From positions 10,150,984-10,214,983 of the forward strand of contig CM119270.1 of NCBI GenBank assembly GCA_051294375.1: a stretch of 64,000 bases of DNA, in the 5' to 3' direction. How positions within the stretch are numbered: the first letter of the stretch is position 1; every line of letters begins with the position of its first letter. The notes under the pieces were generated by a model. The model did not search any database, had not been told where the DNA came from, and was given only the letters and a program-made list of their open reading frames with translations. Shown here piece after piece: positions 1-13,700 of this stretch. Source of the DNA: Paraspadella gotoi. Lineage: Eukaryota; Animalia; Chaetognatha. The position numbers were made by a program, and so were the translations under genes.

Positions 1-629
1 TTGCAAAAAGTTGTCTATACAAAGTATAATTCTTTTTTCGATATTTTGATTATAAGTATGTGAAAAATATGAAAAACTATTTATAATCATCATCATCATT
101 TTTCGATAATTTTATTACTTTTTCTTAATTTTGACCAAGAAAACATAAATATTTTCAAAAGTTGTAGTTAAATTTTTTATTTAACTTTTTATGCTCTATC
201 AGAATCCATCAAAAAAGTTAAGATTGATTAAAAATTGTTTTTATCATTATATAGTAATATTATAATTTTAATAGCAACAATAAAAGCATTAAAATCGAAC
301 TTTTTAAAAAAATTCTTTTTTTACCTAAAAGTAGACTTCAAGACTAAAGTTTTGAACCCCCGCCCCTATTGAATTTAATTTCATAGTAGATTTCTACTTT
401 AATTAATTAATCAATCAATTAATTTATTAATTAATTTATTAATTAAAACTTTTATGAGTAGGAATTAGAGTGACGTAAAAATTATAAAATTTAAAAAAAT
501 TAAAATTTAACAAATAAAACATAAAAATAAAAACTAATAAAAATACTTTGGTAAATTTATTTTGTAATTTTATACATTAGTGGGCACCAGTGAGCTATAT
601 TTAATAATTATTTATATATAATAAAAGTA

Positions 630-914
630 TGTGGATAAGGCGCCAAGTGGGGTGAAGATGACTATCCTTAACTTCTATAACCCCCTCTAGCAGACATGGA
701 ACGGGTCCTGGGTTTGGAAACAGGCTTGAGGGTTTGCCACACCCCCAAAGCGGCTTACGGCCGTCCTCACTCTTCCCGCAGGGTAAGTACCGGGTTGGGA
801 TTGAACCCGGTACCTAGTGGTCATGAGCTGATGGTTTTACTCAATGAGCCACCGGGTCACAACTGAAAGGGTTATGCTTATAGGCGGAGTGAACCGAGGC
901 AATGCCCGACTACA
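630..914 (-). mobile_element. Solo LTR of the tRNA-box TRIM family
   Basis: Minus strand reads TGTAGTCGGG...TATCCACA. Flanked on both sides by AGTA (626-629, 915-918), a 4-bp TSD. Homologous to 30522-30789 and 57463-57751. Confidence 0.85.
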
Positions 915-1269
915 AGTATATAATAGGCTAAAATTTTAAAATACAATTTTTTTTTAATTTAAAAATTTAAAGTTGATATAAGAAAGTATAATTCTTTTTT
1001 AAAAATTCTTTCAATAAGTTAGTCAAAAATGTAAAAAACTATATTTAAAACGCTGATTTTCAATTTCCAGCTTAAAAATATAGTTTTTTGTAATTTAACC
1101 TACTTAATAACATAATTTTTAAAAAGATTTATATTTTCTTCTATCAACTTTTAATGAGGAATTCTTAGAATTAAAAAATATTTGTAAAAAAAAAATAACT
1201 ACAGATTAGTATTCACTAATATAATAGTTTTTAAGATATTTAAGACATAAATAATAAAAATTCAAATCA

Positions 1270-1765
1270 ACTGGACTTTTTTTATACATACTTATTTCCA
1301 CTCAATTCCATCGAAAGTTTATATCCTGCTTAATCCCACACTTTCCTACCCACACAAAATTTTATCTCATTCTATCAATCCAATTATGAATAATTCGATC
1401 AATATGGGTTAAAATTAGTAAAAAGATTTAAGTAATTGTGACTTATATTTTTTCCATTTAAACTCGCTCCACTGGCTTGATTCCATCGAAATACTATATC
1501 CAGCTTATTCACACACTTTCCTAACCACACACAAAAGTTCTTTCTAATTCTACTATCCAATCACGAGTATTTGGAGATTTTTGCTCAGTGGGACGGACGG
1601 CCGGACGGACGGACTGACATATATATTTTTTTTTGCATAATTTATCATAATTCAATGTTCTGACATAATTGTCATAATTGAGGGAGCGGACCGACGGACC
1701 GACGGACCGACGGACCGACAAAGTGGATTACAGAATCGGGATCTGCTAATAAGCAGATCCAACTT
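1270..1765 (-). mobile_element. HINE/DINE-1-like element family 1, partial copy
   Basis: GGATCTGC-TAATAA-GCAGATCC terminal hairpin (~1739-1760), (GACG/GACC)n tract, body shared with 25842-26405. The 3' end of another copy abuts at ~1766-1800. Left boundary approximate. Confidence 0.7.
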
Positions 1766-1971
1766 AAACAAGTTTGAGCAAACAATGTCGGATCTGCCTA
1801 CGATAATTAATTAATTAATTTAATTAATTAATTAATTAATTAGATTAATTAATTAATTAATATATTAATTATAATTTATATTCAGCTTGTCATCATCGAT
1901 GTCCTTAAAATTGAGTCAGGACAGTTATTAAATGTTTTGTTTACATTTTATCAAAACAAACAAATATCCTC

Positions 1972-2274
1972 TATTATCGAGCCAGGCGGGCAAAGCCCGT
2001 CCTGTCTAGATTTTTTTTCGGTTTAGCTTTCGGTCTCGCTTTTTTGCAATCATGGCTTCTGAAAGTGTGATATCATAGGGAGTTGAATTTTCATATATGG
2101 CTTCTAATCATCAAGATCTTTAAAATTCTCATGTTTCATATCAATATTGGTATTTGTTTATGTTTTATTTACAAAACAAAAACGTTTTAATTATATGTCG
2201 CTCTCTCTCTCTCTTTTTTCTCCGTCACTGCTTCTTCTAAAAACGAGTTCCGGCTCTGCAGCGTCTGTCCAGCT

Positions 2275-2322
<48 letters not shown>

Positions 2323-2771
2323 ACAAAAAAATTTTTAGATATAATGTGGGTTCACTAATGTAAAAAACGATGCCGCGAACAGGGCGCGAACCCGGGTCCT
2401 TTGGGTAGAGAATAGCTCACGCTACGTGCGGCGCCATAAGTACTGCTGATTCTTTAACGAGTAAAGGGGCTGTAGAGCTTCTCTCTCTCTCTCTCTTTTA
2501 ATTATTATATATCGCTCTTTCTCTTTCTCTTTTTCTCTGCAGCGGCTGTCTCTCTCTCTCTCTCTCTTTTTCTCTCTCTCTCTCTGTCTCTCTGTCTCTC
2601 TGTGTGTGTCTGTCCCTATCTGTCCGATCTTTTGCGTGATCGTGTTTTTTTTGAAAAATTTTGATTATTTTTTTCCTTCTAAAAACTTTTTATTATTGCC
2701 ATTTATTCCGCGCTTTTTTTCAATACAAAATCCCATATTTTCATCCGTGATTTTCGTGGATTTATTCTCTT

Positions 2772-2806
<35 letters not shown>

Positions 2807-3150
2807 TTCTTCTCTCTCTCTCTTCTCTCTCTTTCACTCATACACGCATTTGTTTGTTTTATTGACTATCATCGCATCAATTAATGACAATCATCGCATC
2901 AATGAATGACTATCATCACAGCAGTGAATGACTATCATCGCATCAATAATTGATTATCATCGAATCAATAATCAATTCCTATTACATCAATAAATTACTA
3001 TTACATCAATCAATTAGTATTACCTCAATCAATTACTAGTACATCAACAATTCGTTATCGCATGATTCATTCGTTTTTTTCCCGGTTTTTTTCATTAATT
3101 TTCTATGATAGTGGGCTCTGGCTCGATCTTGAGTCTTTTAAGATTTTTTT
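1972..3150 (+). mobile_element. HINE-like element family 3, nested in a family-2 copy
   Basis: 5' subterminal ATCGAGCCAG (1976-1985) plus hairpin GCGGGC-AAA-GCCCGT. 3' inverted CTGGCTCGAT (3118-3127) plus ATCTTGA..TTAAGAT stem and a T-run. The same 5' end recurs at ~51752. Family-2 sequence continues on both sides. Confidence 0.65.
2369..2447 (-). other. tRNA-derived (SINE-head-like) sequence inside the HINE-3 element
   Basis: A-box-like TGGCGCCGCACGTAGC and B-box GGGTTCGCGCCC at tRNA spacing. Acceptor and anticodon stems do not pair, so this is not a functional tRNA. Confidence 0.5.
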
Positions 3151-3309
3151 ATTTTATGTCTCCTTCTCTCTCTCTCTCTCTCACTCTCTCTCTTTCCTCT
3201 CCACTCTCTCACTCTCTCTTTCTCTCTCTTTTTATGCAATAGCGACGATCCTTATGCTTTTAAGATTTTTTTAACTTGCATCATTTTTTCAACTTGCATA
3301 ATTTTTCAA

Positions 3310-4497
3310 CTTGCATTCCGTCAAAACTTTATATCTAGCTTCTTCACTCACTTTCCTACCGGCTCACAAAATTTCATCTCAATCTATCATGGGTTAAAAT
3401 AAATAAAAAGATTCAAGTAAATGTGACTCATATTTTTTTCATTTAAACTCATTTCCACTGGTACGTTTCCACTGAAACTTTATATCAAGCTTCGTCATAC
3501 GTTTTCCTACCCACACACAAAATTTCAACTCAATCTATCCATCCAATTATGATTAATTAGAGTATTTATTGGTTAAAATAAGTAAAAAGATTTTAGTAAA
3601 TTCGACTTATGTTTTTTCCATTTAAACTAATTTCCACTCACACGATTCCATCGAAATTTTATATCCAGCTTTATCACACACTTTCCTACCCACACACAAA
3701 ATTTAATTCCAATCCAACCAGCCAATCACGAGTTATTGGAGCTTTTTGCTAAGATGGGACGGATGGACGGATTGATTGACTAATTAATTAATTATTGATT
3801 AATTTATTTACTAATTGATTAATTAACTGATTAATTATTTGATTTATTAATACATCCTGCAGATACATTTAATATAAAAGGAAAAAGAAGCATAATCAAT
3901 TAGTAAAACAGGTTTTTGTTTTTTTCCATTTAAACTCATTTCCACTCAAACTATTCCATCTAAACTTGATTTCCTGTTCAATCACACACTTTCCTACCCA
4001 CATACAAAATTCCAGGTCAATCAGCCATCCACTCATGAGCAATTGGTGTTCAAATAGTGAATATATTTTTTTTGTTTTTTTCCATTAAACTCATTTCCAC
4101 TCGGACGATTCCATCGAAACTTAATATCCAGCTCAATCACACACTTACCTATCCACACACAAATTTCATTTAAATCCATCCATCCAATCACGAGTAATTG
4201 GTGTTTTTTGCTAAGGTGGGACGGACGGACGGACGGACGGACGGACGGCACGGACGGACGGACGGACGGACGGGACGGACGGACGGACGGACGGACGACG
4301 GACGACAGACAGACAGACAGACAGACAGACGGACGGACGGACATCATTTTTTTTGCATAATTTATCATAATTCGATGTTCTGACATGATATAAGTGTGTG
4401 CCCGACAATATTGAGGGGGCGGACCGACGGACCGAAAAGTGAGTTATAAAAAGTGAGTTATAGGAGTCGGGATCTACTGATAAGCAGATCCGACTAA
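3310..4497 (-). mobile_element. HINE/DINE-1-like family 1 copy with expanded (GACG)n/(GACA)n microsatellite
   Basis: Terminal hairpin GTCGGGATCT..AGATCCGAC (4466-4494), GTCY-type microsatellite 4220-4342, internal tandem subrepeats (cactttcctacccacac..., tttaaactcatttccact...). Confidence 0.75.
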
Positions 4498-6526
4498 AAA
4501 TTACAGTTGGTTATTAAAGTAGTTTTTCGCTTCTTATGAGCGACATATTTAAATCTCGTTATGCAAAAAAGAAAACCATTAAAAAAATAATATAAATAGC
4601 AATTGATAAATTAAAAATAATTATTTGAACATGGAGATTTATTTTGCTAATTAATGAAGAACGTACAAAATTTTGTTTTTGAGATTTTCTTTTTCTAATT
4701 AAAAAAAATTGTACAAAAAAGTCCATATTTTAAATAAAACTTGTTACCTTACTAAATATGCAAAATGGCTTTTTTTCAACTCATGAAAAATGTAGAAAAA
4801 ATGAAGAAATGAAACAATTAAAATAAATATTTATATTAGTAATATTATTACTGCATAAACTGAAACTCGACGCAAGAGGGAAAACAAAAGTCATGCAATT
4901 AACAAACCACCGACCGGTTTAAGGTTGGTAACGGTCATCGAAAATGGAACGTACCCAAAATTGGCATGCTTTGTAATACGGATGTGGGATGTCACAACAA
5001 CTTCATCCAATTTTAAATATCTTAGAAGGCTAACGCGTCAGCCCAACGCACTACCTTAACAGATACGGTGCTTTAGTGAGTCTTCATGACAGCGAGCGAA
5101 CAAAACAAAACAAATCCTGATCCTCCGTGAACATAACGAAATCATTTTTCAGTTTTATTATTAAAACTCTGCAAGCTTTTTCGAATATTTTTTTAAAAAA
5201 TTAAAATGATATATTTTCTATCTAAACAACGTCACAAAATTCTATTCCATAAATTATTAAAGATCAAATGCAATATAAAAATGATATTTTGATGATTTGA
5301 ACAAATATTCTGAATCGGCAAGATTAGTCAGTGTAGCTGAAGAGGGCGCGCAGGCAAATACAAAGCATTTGTTTGTCATGGCAGAAAATAATTTGGAATA
5401 TATCAATATTATCAATAATATTATAGCTTGAAACAATTAAAAAAGTATTGATATTTTTTCTCAGCATTTAGTATTTTACTTAAAACTTCACGTCATGGTT
5501 TACTTCGTTTAAAAATATGAACGTGGCCAAAATTTGCCCTGGTGCTTCCTGGCTCTTCGATTTCCGATAATAATTAAATTCAGATCGGTGAATGAAAGCA
5601 TACTCCGAGTGTACTATATATTAAAATTTTAATCATAAATAATAATAAAATAAAAACTTTTTTAATACGTCCGTGCTCTCTTAAAGTAACTGTACATGGT
5701 GACAATTTTACAAGCGCCGGAAATACGTTGTCATTTGCAAACATGTGGTTATTTTATTGATTCAATGAGTCAAGTAGAAAATACTAAAACTATTTGTGTT
5801 AAAATTTTATATTGATCAGTTAAGATATGCCTTGACAATGAGTGGAGAAAGTTGACTTTTCAAATCGGGTTTCATTTTCCAAATTCTTTTTTTTTCTTTA
5901 ACTTTTAGCACTTTTTTAAACAAAATATTTATTAAAATATTAACAATGTTAATATCCTCAGAAAGCCCTTAAAAATATAAAGAGAATGATATACTTACAA
6001 AAGCTTTAACATAAAAAGTAAGCTGCCCAGCCTTGGTTCAATTAAGAGTGTCAAAAGTGAATTATTTAAAATTTTAAATCTTTTTTTAAAATATATGACC
6101 TGTTTAAATTATTATAACATAAAATATTATTATTTTTATAAGTATCATGAAAGAGCCTAAAAAAAAGGATTTAAGATAGCCAATCAAAATTTGATAAAAA
6201 TCATAAATTTACTCTCCAGCTATTGATTTTTAAAAAGATGTTTCGTTTTTGAATATCCTAATTAAATTAAAGCTGGGCAAATTAAATTTTATACTACAGT
6301 ATTCATAAGTACGTCATTCTCTTTAGATTTGAAAGGGCTTTCAGAATATAATAATAATAATATTATTATTTGATTTCAAATTTCTTCAGAAAACTTACTG
6401 AAAGTAAGAGAAAAAAATAAAATCTAAAAAAAGTGAGTTTAAAAATTAGAGAAAATTTTCAAATCCATCTTCCTGCTATCATTGCTGAGGCGGCGATCCC
6501 GGNNNNNNNNNNNNNNNNNNNNNNNN

Positions 6527-9500
6527 NAAGAGAGAGATTAGTGGAGAAGAAAAGTCTGATTTTGCGAAAGGTGAAGAGTTTATATGAAATTTAAAAAGAA
6601 GAGAGAGAGAACTTGGGACTGAACGCGTGACTTATGAGACTTCTGAGACAGAAGATATTGAGATGTAAAATTTGTTTAATCAGCTTTGAAATAGGGCGCA
6701 ATTGAAGAAACATATCAAATTCATTCATGAAAATTCTATATTCGATGTCAGTTTTGCCAAAAAAAGTATTTTCACCAGAAATTTTATCGGAACACGTAAA
6801 TTGTTTTCATTCTTTTGGAATCGCTAATCTTTCTTTGATTGACAGTTCAGAAACTAACTTAGATGAAAAAAATGGAAAGCCATTGTTACAGACGCAAAAC
6901 TCGTTCGAGACAATTGAGGATATAAAATCCATAAGCGACGCACAAGAAATCATAAAGTGCCCAATTGAGACTGATAGTTCAAGTTGGAAATTGAGCATAA
7001 TGATAACAAATATGCAATGAATCAGAGTTGTATTTCTATCTCAGAAGTTAGACAGACTATTATGAAAACCAAACTCCTTAATGATATAAATTCGTTTTCA
7101 AATATTAATCTTATCATTGCCCAAAATTTGGCTCACTCAATGCACGGAACTGAAGAAGATATACTTGATTACTCACGGAAAATTAGAAAAGAAAGGCAAA
7201 ATATTATTCAGATGTATCCCCCAAAAAATCCGCGAATTATGTGGACAAAATATAATTTTCCTAGTAAATTCAAGATAAAAGGAGGAAAAATATTATTTGA
7301 CATTAAACCTCATTCAACAACTAAATCTAAAATAGAACAATTTTGTTTGGACTCATTTAGACAAGCTGAAGCTAACATTTATGCTGAAGTTGAAACTTTG
7401 ATGATGGATATTTTAGAAAAGACAGAAAATTCCTTCAAAAAAACAAACGGTGAAAAAGACAGATATAACTCTGATCAGTGGGATCAAGAGAAACAAAATG
7501 AAGATTTTTTCCTTTCGAACTTTCTTCAGTTGCACAGAAATAAACCAAAAGAAAAATTTTCCAAGAAACAGAGAATGTATTAAAATCTTTTCGGGCTCTT
7601 CACGAAGAAAGCTATTTTATGCGGGAGAGAAAATATGTCTGCAAGGTCTGTTCAATCGCATTTGAAGAAAAGTTGGATTTATGGAACCATCACAAGATTG
7701 ATCATAGTCTGGTTTCGGTGATGCCGCAAAGATCCTTTATAGAAATAGATAGCTCACAAACATTACCATGGATCCAAACTCCAGAGGCCAAAACAAAAAC
7801 ATCGGGAATAATTGCAAATGTAACGACTCTACCTCAGGGAGGAAAACCGGATAATGGGGATTTTCGTTGTACCTTTTGCGATGCATCATTTCGTTATCCC
7901 TCTAAACTTCATAGCCATATTCTTGATTGTGCTTCTGATAAACACTATCGCAGTATGAGGAGAATCAATGAAGCTTTCTTTGGGGTTAAAAAAAAGAAAA
8001 AAATATCGAAACACAAACATAAAAAGAATGAAGAAGGTTTGCTGATAATCAAAAAAAGAAAAAACCTATCAAAAGATTCTGTTTCCAGAAAGAAAAGGTC
8101 TCTGAAAACTTCCTCATCTGCACAAGAGATCTTAAGAACTTTACGCAATAGAAATAAAGAAAATTCTTTGGGTGAAAACATGTCAACGGATCTTCACTGT
8201 CAAAAGTGCAAAAAAAATTTGCTGCTCTCAGCGTGCTTTCAAGGCACAAAATACTTTGTAAAGGTAAAAATGCCTCTGATATTAATCAGAATCTAGGCCA
8301 AAAAGGTTTTATGAAACACAGGGGAGCGTTCACAACATTAAATCGTAATAGAAATATACACAAAGAAATTCGTCCAAGAAAATCCCGAAGTGAAAAAACA
8401 GAATCCCAAAATGAGCTAAAACTTAATGTTGCAACTAAAGGAAATCCTATTGAGAACATCGTTGTTGATGTTTTACAAATTGCTAAAGTTATGAAATTTC
8501 AACAGAAACTATATTACCTAGTCTTCCAACATGTTTTTAAATGTGGAAACCATAAGACCCGAAGGCATGACTGCACTGCTGTTAAAAAGCAAAAAACAGG
8601 TAATAAAAAACTCCTCTTATTTTCATGATGAGGATGACGAGGACACAATAGAGGCCTTCTTAGAATCAAAAACATCAGGAGAATCGCGAAAAGTACAAAC
8701 TTCTACCGGCAAGAAAGAAAACGAGATGACTTTTGGTTCCACCACGTGTAAAGATTGCAATGAAACGTTTCTCTCTCCATATCTGTTCGTACTACACCAG
8801 AGCACTTGTCGACTGGAAAAACAAACAAAAATCAACACATCTCGAAATAAAAGATTAAGTAAAAATAACGATAGTTTACTGAAAATTTATAAAAAACATA
8901 AGAAGGGAAATGCTAAATCTAAAGCTACATCGTCATGGGAACGTTTAGAGGCTGCGTCAAAAATTATGAAGCAAAATCATATGCACCGTAGAGGTTTGCT
9001 TCAAACAAAAATTAAAGATCATCTAAAGGTTAAAAGAAAAACTTCAAAGGTGAACTGGAAGTAGTCATTTACGTTAAATTCCAGTGCTTTGAAAAAGAAC
9101 TTTACATTGAAATTTATTTTTAAACGAAGAAGATAACCCTTTTAAACTATTTGGATGCTCCTCTGCAATAGTGTCGTATGCACCATGTTTAATTATTTTT
9201 ACAATCAAATCAATTCATTTCATCATTAATTTTATAATTTTTCATACAATGTTCAATAAACTTTATAGGTGTATAATTTCTTAGGAGTAGTGTTTTAATT
9301 TGTCATTAAATTATTGATTTCCGGAGTTTATTGTTGAAATAATTTACACTTTTTTTCTTATTACAGTTAGTGTTTTAATTGTAAAATAAGTTATAATGCT
9401 CATCTTTGAGTAAACCTTTCTTTAGCTAGTTTTGCTGGGTGGAATTTCACAAAGCGCAACATTTTGACTTTTCATAAGCCTTTTTCAAAGGTGTCATTCA

Positions 9501-10148
9501 TAAGTTTCATTCACCTTTGAGGGAGATTTGAATCACTGAAGATCAGTGCTTGTTTAAATATTTTAATAATATTATCCAGAAATATTGTTTTGTTTTATCT
9601 TATGGCACATAACTACCAAATAAATTCCTTAAGAGCAATTAAACTATTGCCAAGATCATGTCATTTGCAAACCCATGAAGATTTTTTCAATGTTAAATAT
9701 GAATCTAAAAGTAAAAACCCAAACTATTTATACATGCAAATTTTATCAGAATCGATTTTGATATAATTAATAGCTGGAGAGTAAATTTATGATATTTATC
9801 AAATAGTGATTGGCTATCTTAAATCTTTTTTTTTCAAGCTCTTTCATGAATCATGATGCTTATATAAATAATAATATTTTCTGTTATAATAACTTAAACA
9901 GGTCATATATTTTAAAAAAGATTTAAAATTTTAGATAATTAACTTTTGACTGTCTTAATTAAACCAAGGCTGGGAAGTTTAATTTTTATGTTAAAGCTTT
10001 TGTAAGTATATCATTCTCTTCATTTTTTAAGGGCTTTCTGAGGATATTAATATTATTAATATCCTAATAAATAGTTTGTTTAAAAAAGTGCTAAAAGTTA
10101 AAAAAAAATTTAAAAATGGAAAATGAAACCCTATTTTAGAAGCTAACT
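6527..10148 (+). pseudogene. Inverted, frameshifted copy of the 3' part of the PRDM last exon and downstream DNA (probable assembly artefact)
   Basis: Near-identical reverse complement of ~10160-13290 with single-base indels splitting the frame (ORFs 6727, 6984, 7619, 8206, 8531). Bounded by N gaps on both sides. 9770-10148 resembles 5850-6220 in inverted orientation. Confidence 0.8.
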
Positions 10149-10575
10149 NNNNNNNNNNGGGTTTGCAAATGACATGATCTTGGCAATAGTTTAATTGCTC
10201 TTAAGGAATTTATTTGGTAGTTATGTGCCAATAAGATAAAAACAAAACAATATTTCTGGATAATATTATTAAAATATTTAAACAAGCACTGATCTTCAGT
10301 GATTCAAATCTCCCTCAAAGGTGAATGAAACTTATGAATGACACCTTTGAAAAAGGCTTATGAAAAGTCAAAATGTTGCGCTTTGTGAAATTCCCACCCA
10401 GCAAAACTAGCTAAAGAAAGGTTTACTCAAAGATGAGCATTATAACTTATTTTACAATTAAAACACTAACTGTAATAAGAAAAAAAGTGTAAATTATTTC
10501 AACAATAAACTCCGGAAATCAATAATTTAATGACAAATTAAAACACTACTCCTAAGAAATTATACACCTATAAAG

Positions 10576-10581
10576 TTTATT
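10576..10581 (-). terminator. Candidate polyadenylation signal AATAAA of the PRDM gene
   Basis: AATAAA about 190 nt after the stop codon. Weak evidence in AT-rich DNA. Confidence 0.3.
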
Positions 10582-10771
10582 GAACATTGTATGAAAAATT
10601 ATAAAATTAATGATGAAATGAATTGATTTGATTGTAAAAATAATTAAACATGGTGCATACGACACTATTGCAGAGGAGCATCCAAATAGTTTAAAAGGGT
10701 TATCTTCTTCGTTTAAAAATAAATTTCAATGTAAAGTTCTTTTTCAAAGCACTGGAATTTAACGTAAATGA

Positions 10772-13700
10772 CTACTTCCAGTTCACCTTTGAAGTTTTTC
10801 TTTTAACCTTTAGATGATCTTTAATTTTTGTTTGAAGCAAACCTCTACGGTGCATATGATTTTGCTTCATAATTTTTGACGCAGCCTCTAAACGTTCCCA
10901 TGACGATGTAGCTTTAGATTTAGCATTTCCCTTCTTATGTTTTTTATAAATTTTCAGTAAACTATCGTTATTTTTACTTAATCTTTTATTTCGAGATGTG
11001 TTGATTTTTGTTTGTTTTTCCAGTCGACAAGTGCTCTGGTGTAGTACGAACAGATATGGAGAGAGAAACGTTTCATTGCAATCTTTACACGTGGTGGAAC
11101 CAAAAGTCATCTCGTTTTCTTTCTTGCCGGTAGAAGTTTGTACTTTTCGCGATTCTCCTGATGTTTTTGATTCTAAGAAGGCCTCTATTGTGTCCTCGTC
11201 ATCCTCATCATGAAAATAAGAGGAGTTTTTTATTACCTGTTTTTGCTTTTTAACAGCAGTGCAGTCATGCCTTCGGGTCTTATGGTTTCCACATTTAAAA
11301 CATGTTGGAAGACTAGGTAATATAGTTTCTGTTGAAATTTCATCAACTTTAGCAATTTGTAAAACATCAACAACGATGTTCTCAATAGGATTTCCTTTAG
11401 TTGCAACATTAAGTTTTAGCTCATTTTGGGATTCTGTTTTTTCACTTCGGGATTTTCTTGGACGAATTTCTTTGTGTATATTTCTATTACGATTTAATGT
11501 TGTGAACGCTCCCCTGTGTTTCATAAAACCTTTTTGGCCTAGATTCTGATTAATATCAGAGGCATTTTTACCTTTACAAAGTATTTTGTGCCTTGAAAGC
11601 ACGCTGAGAGCAGCAAATTTTTTTTTGCACTTTTGACAGTGAAGATCCGTTGACATGTTTTCACCCAAAGAATTTTCTTTATTTCTATTGCGTAAAGTTC
11701 TTAAGACTCTTTGTGCAGATGAGGAAGTTTTCAGAGACCTTTTCTTTCTGGAAACAGAATCTTTTGATAGGTTTTTTCTTTTTTTGATTATCAGCAAACC
11801 TTCTTCATTCTTTTTATGTTTGTGTTTCGATATTTTTTTCTTTTTTTTAACCCCAAAGAAAGCTTCATTGATTCTCCTCATACTGCGATAGTGTTTATCA
11901 GAAGCACAATCAAGAATATGGCTATGAAGTTTAGAGGGATAACGAAATGATGCATCGCAAAAGGTACAACGAAAATCCCCATTATCCGGTTTTCCTCCCT
12001 GAGGTAGAGTCGTTACATTTGCAATTATTCCCGATGTTTTTGTTTTGGCCTCTGGAGTTTGGATCCATGGTAATGTTTGTGAGCTATCTATTTCTATAAA
12101 GGATCTTTGCGGCATCACCGAAACCAGACTATGATCAATCTTGTGATGGTTCCATAAATCCAACTTTTCTTCAAATGCGATTGAACAGACCTTGCAGACA
12201 TATTTTCTCTCCCGCATAAAATAGCTTTCTTCGTGAAGAGCCCGAAAAGATTTTAATACATTCTCTGTTTCTTGGGAAAATTTTTCTTTTGGTTTATTTC
12301 TGTGCAACTGAAGAAAGTTCGAAAGGAAAAAATCTTCATTTTGTTTCTCTTGATCCCACTGATCAGAGTTATATCTGTCTTTTTCACCGTTTGTTTTTTT
12401 GAAGGAATTTTCTGTCTTTTCTAAAATATCCATCATCAAAGTTTCAACTTCAGCATAAATGTTAGCTTCAGCTTGTCTAAATGAGTCCAAACAAAATTGT
12501 TCTATTTTAGATTTAGTTGTTGAATGAGGTTTAATGTCAAATAATATTTTTCCTCCTTTTATCTTGAATTTACTAGGAAAATTATATTTTGTCCACATAA
12601 TTCGCGGATTTTTTGGGGGATACATCTGAATAATATTTTGCCTTTCTTTTCTAATTTTCCGTGAGTAATCAAGTATATCTTCTTCAGTTCCGTGCATTGA
12701 GTGAGCCAAATTTTGGGCAATGATAAGATTAATATTTGAAAACGAATTTATATCATTAGGAGTTTGGTTTTCATAATAGTCCTGTCTAACTTCTGAGATA
12801 GAAATACAACTCTGATTCATTGCATATTTGTTATCATTATGCTCAAGTTTCCAACTTGAACTATCAGTCTCAATTGGGCACTTTATGATTTCTTGTGCGT
12901 CGCTTATGGATTTTATATCCTCAATTGTCTCGAACGAGTTTTGCGTCTGTAACAATGGCTTTCCATTTTTTTCATCTAAGTTAGTTTCTGAACTGTCAAT
13001 CAAAGAAAGATTAGCGATTCCAAAAGAATGAAAACAATTTACGTGTTCCGATAAAAATTTCTGGTGAAAATACTTTTTTTGGCAAAACTGACATCGAAAT
13101 ATAGAATTTTCATGAATGAATTTGATATGTTTCTTCAATTGCGCCCTATTTTCAAAGCTGATTAAACAAATTTTACATCTCATATCTTCTGTCTCAGAAG
13201 TCTCATAAGTCACGCGTTCAGTCCCAAGTTCTCTCTCTCTTCTTTTTAATTTCATAAACTCTTCACCTTTCGCAAAATCAGACTTTTCTTCTCGACTTAG
13301 ATCTGTCTTATTTACCATTTCTGTTTCAAGCTGAGCGTGGGTTTTGAACAAATGGTCCTTTAATATTGGCGCTTCATTATACTCGACTTCGCACACGTGA
13401 CAATAATAAAGTCCTGGCATTGATTCCTGAACACCTGAAGCTTTTTCCTCCGCCACCTCCTTGTTTTCTATGTTATCTAAAACAGAATCGTCAAGTTTTG
13501 ATGCAACATTCTCAGTTTCCGGTCTGTATTTGGGATGAATATGATACTTCAAATAGTGCTTCTTTAAGGACTCACATCTTTTGTATGTATAAAGACATAC
13601 GTCGCAACGAAATCTCTTATTTCTGCCCTTTTTGATCACGTGAAGATCTTCAACAGGAGAGAAATTAAACTTTCCAGAGGCTACAACGTTTCTCCTTCTT

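Noticed and set aside
2147-3274. Leu/Ser/Phe-rich or ERER ORFs (also 14955-15205, 22240-22730, 52853-54332)
   Set aside because: Products of (CT)n/(GA)n and T-rich tracts.
4033-4408. ORFs with SVRP / GRTD repeats (also 1521-1721, 33930-34244)
   Set aside because: These are translations of the GTCY microsatellite in HINE elements, not proteins.
4860-5130. Locally GC-richer unique segment, a possible exon or ncRNA
   Set aside because: I could not support an ORF, splice pair or RNA motif here.
6727-9064. Separate zinc-finger genes or programmed frameshifting on the plus strand
   Set aside because: These are fragments of an indel-bearing inverted copy of the intact 10772-14808 exon.
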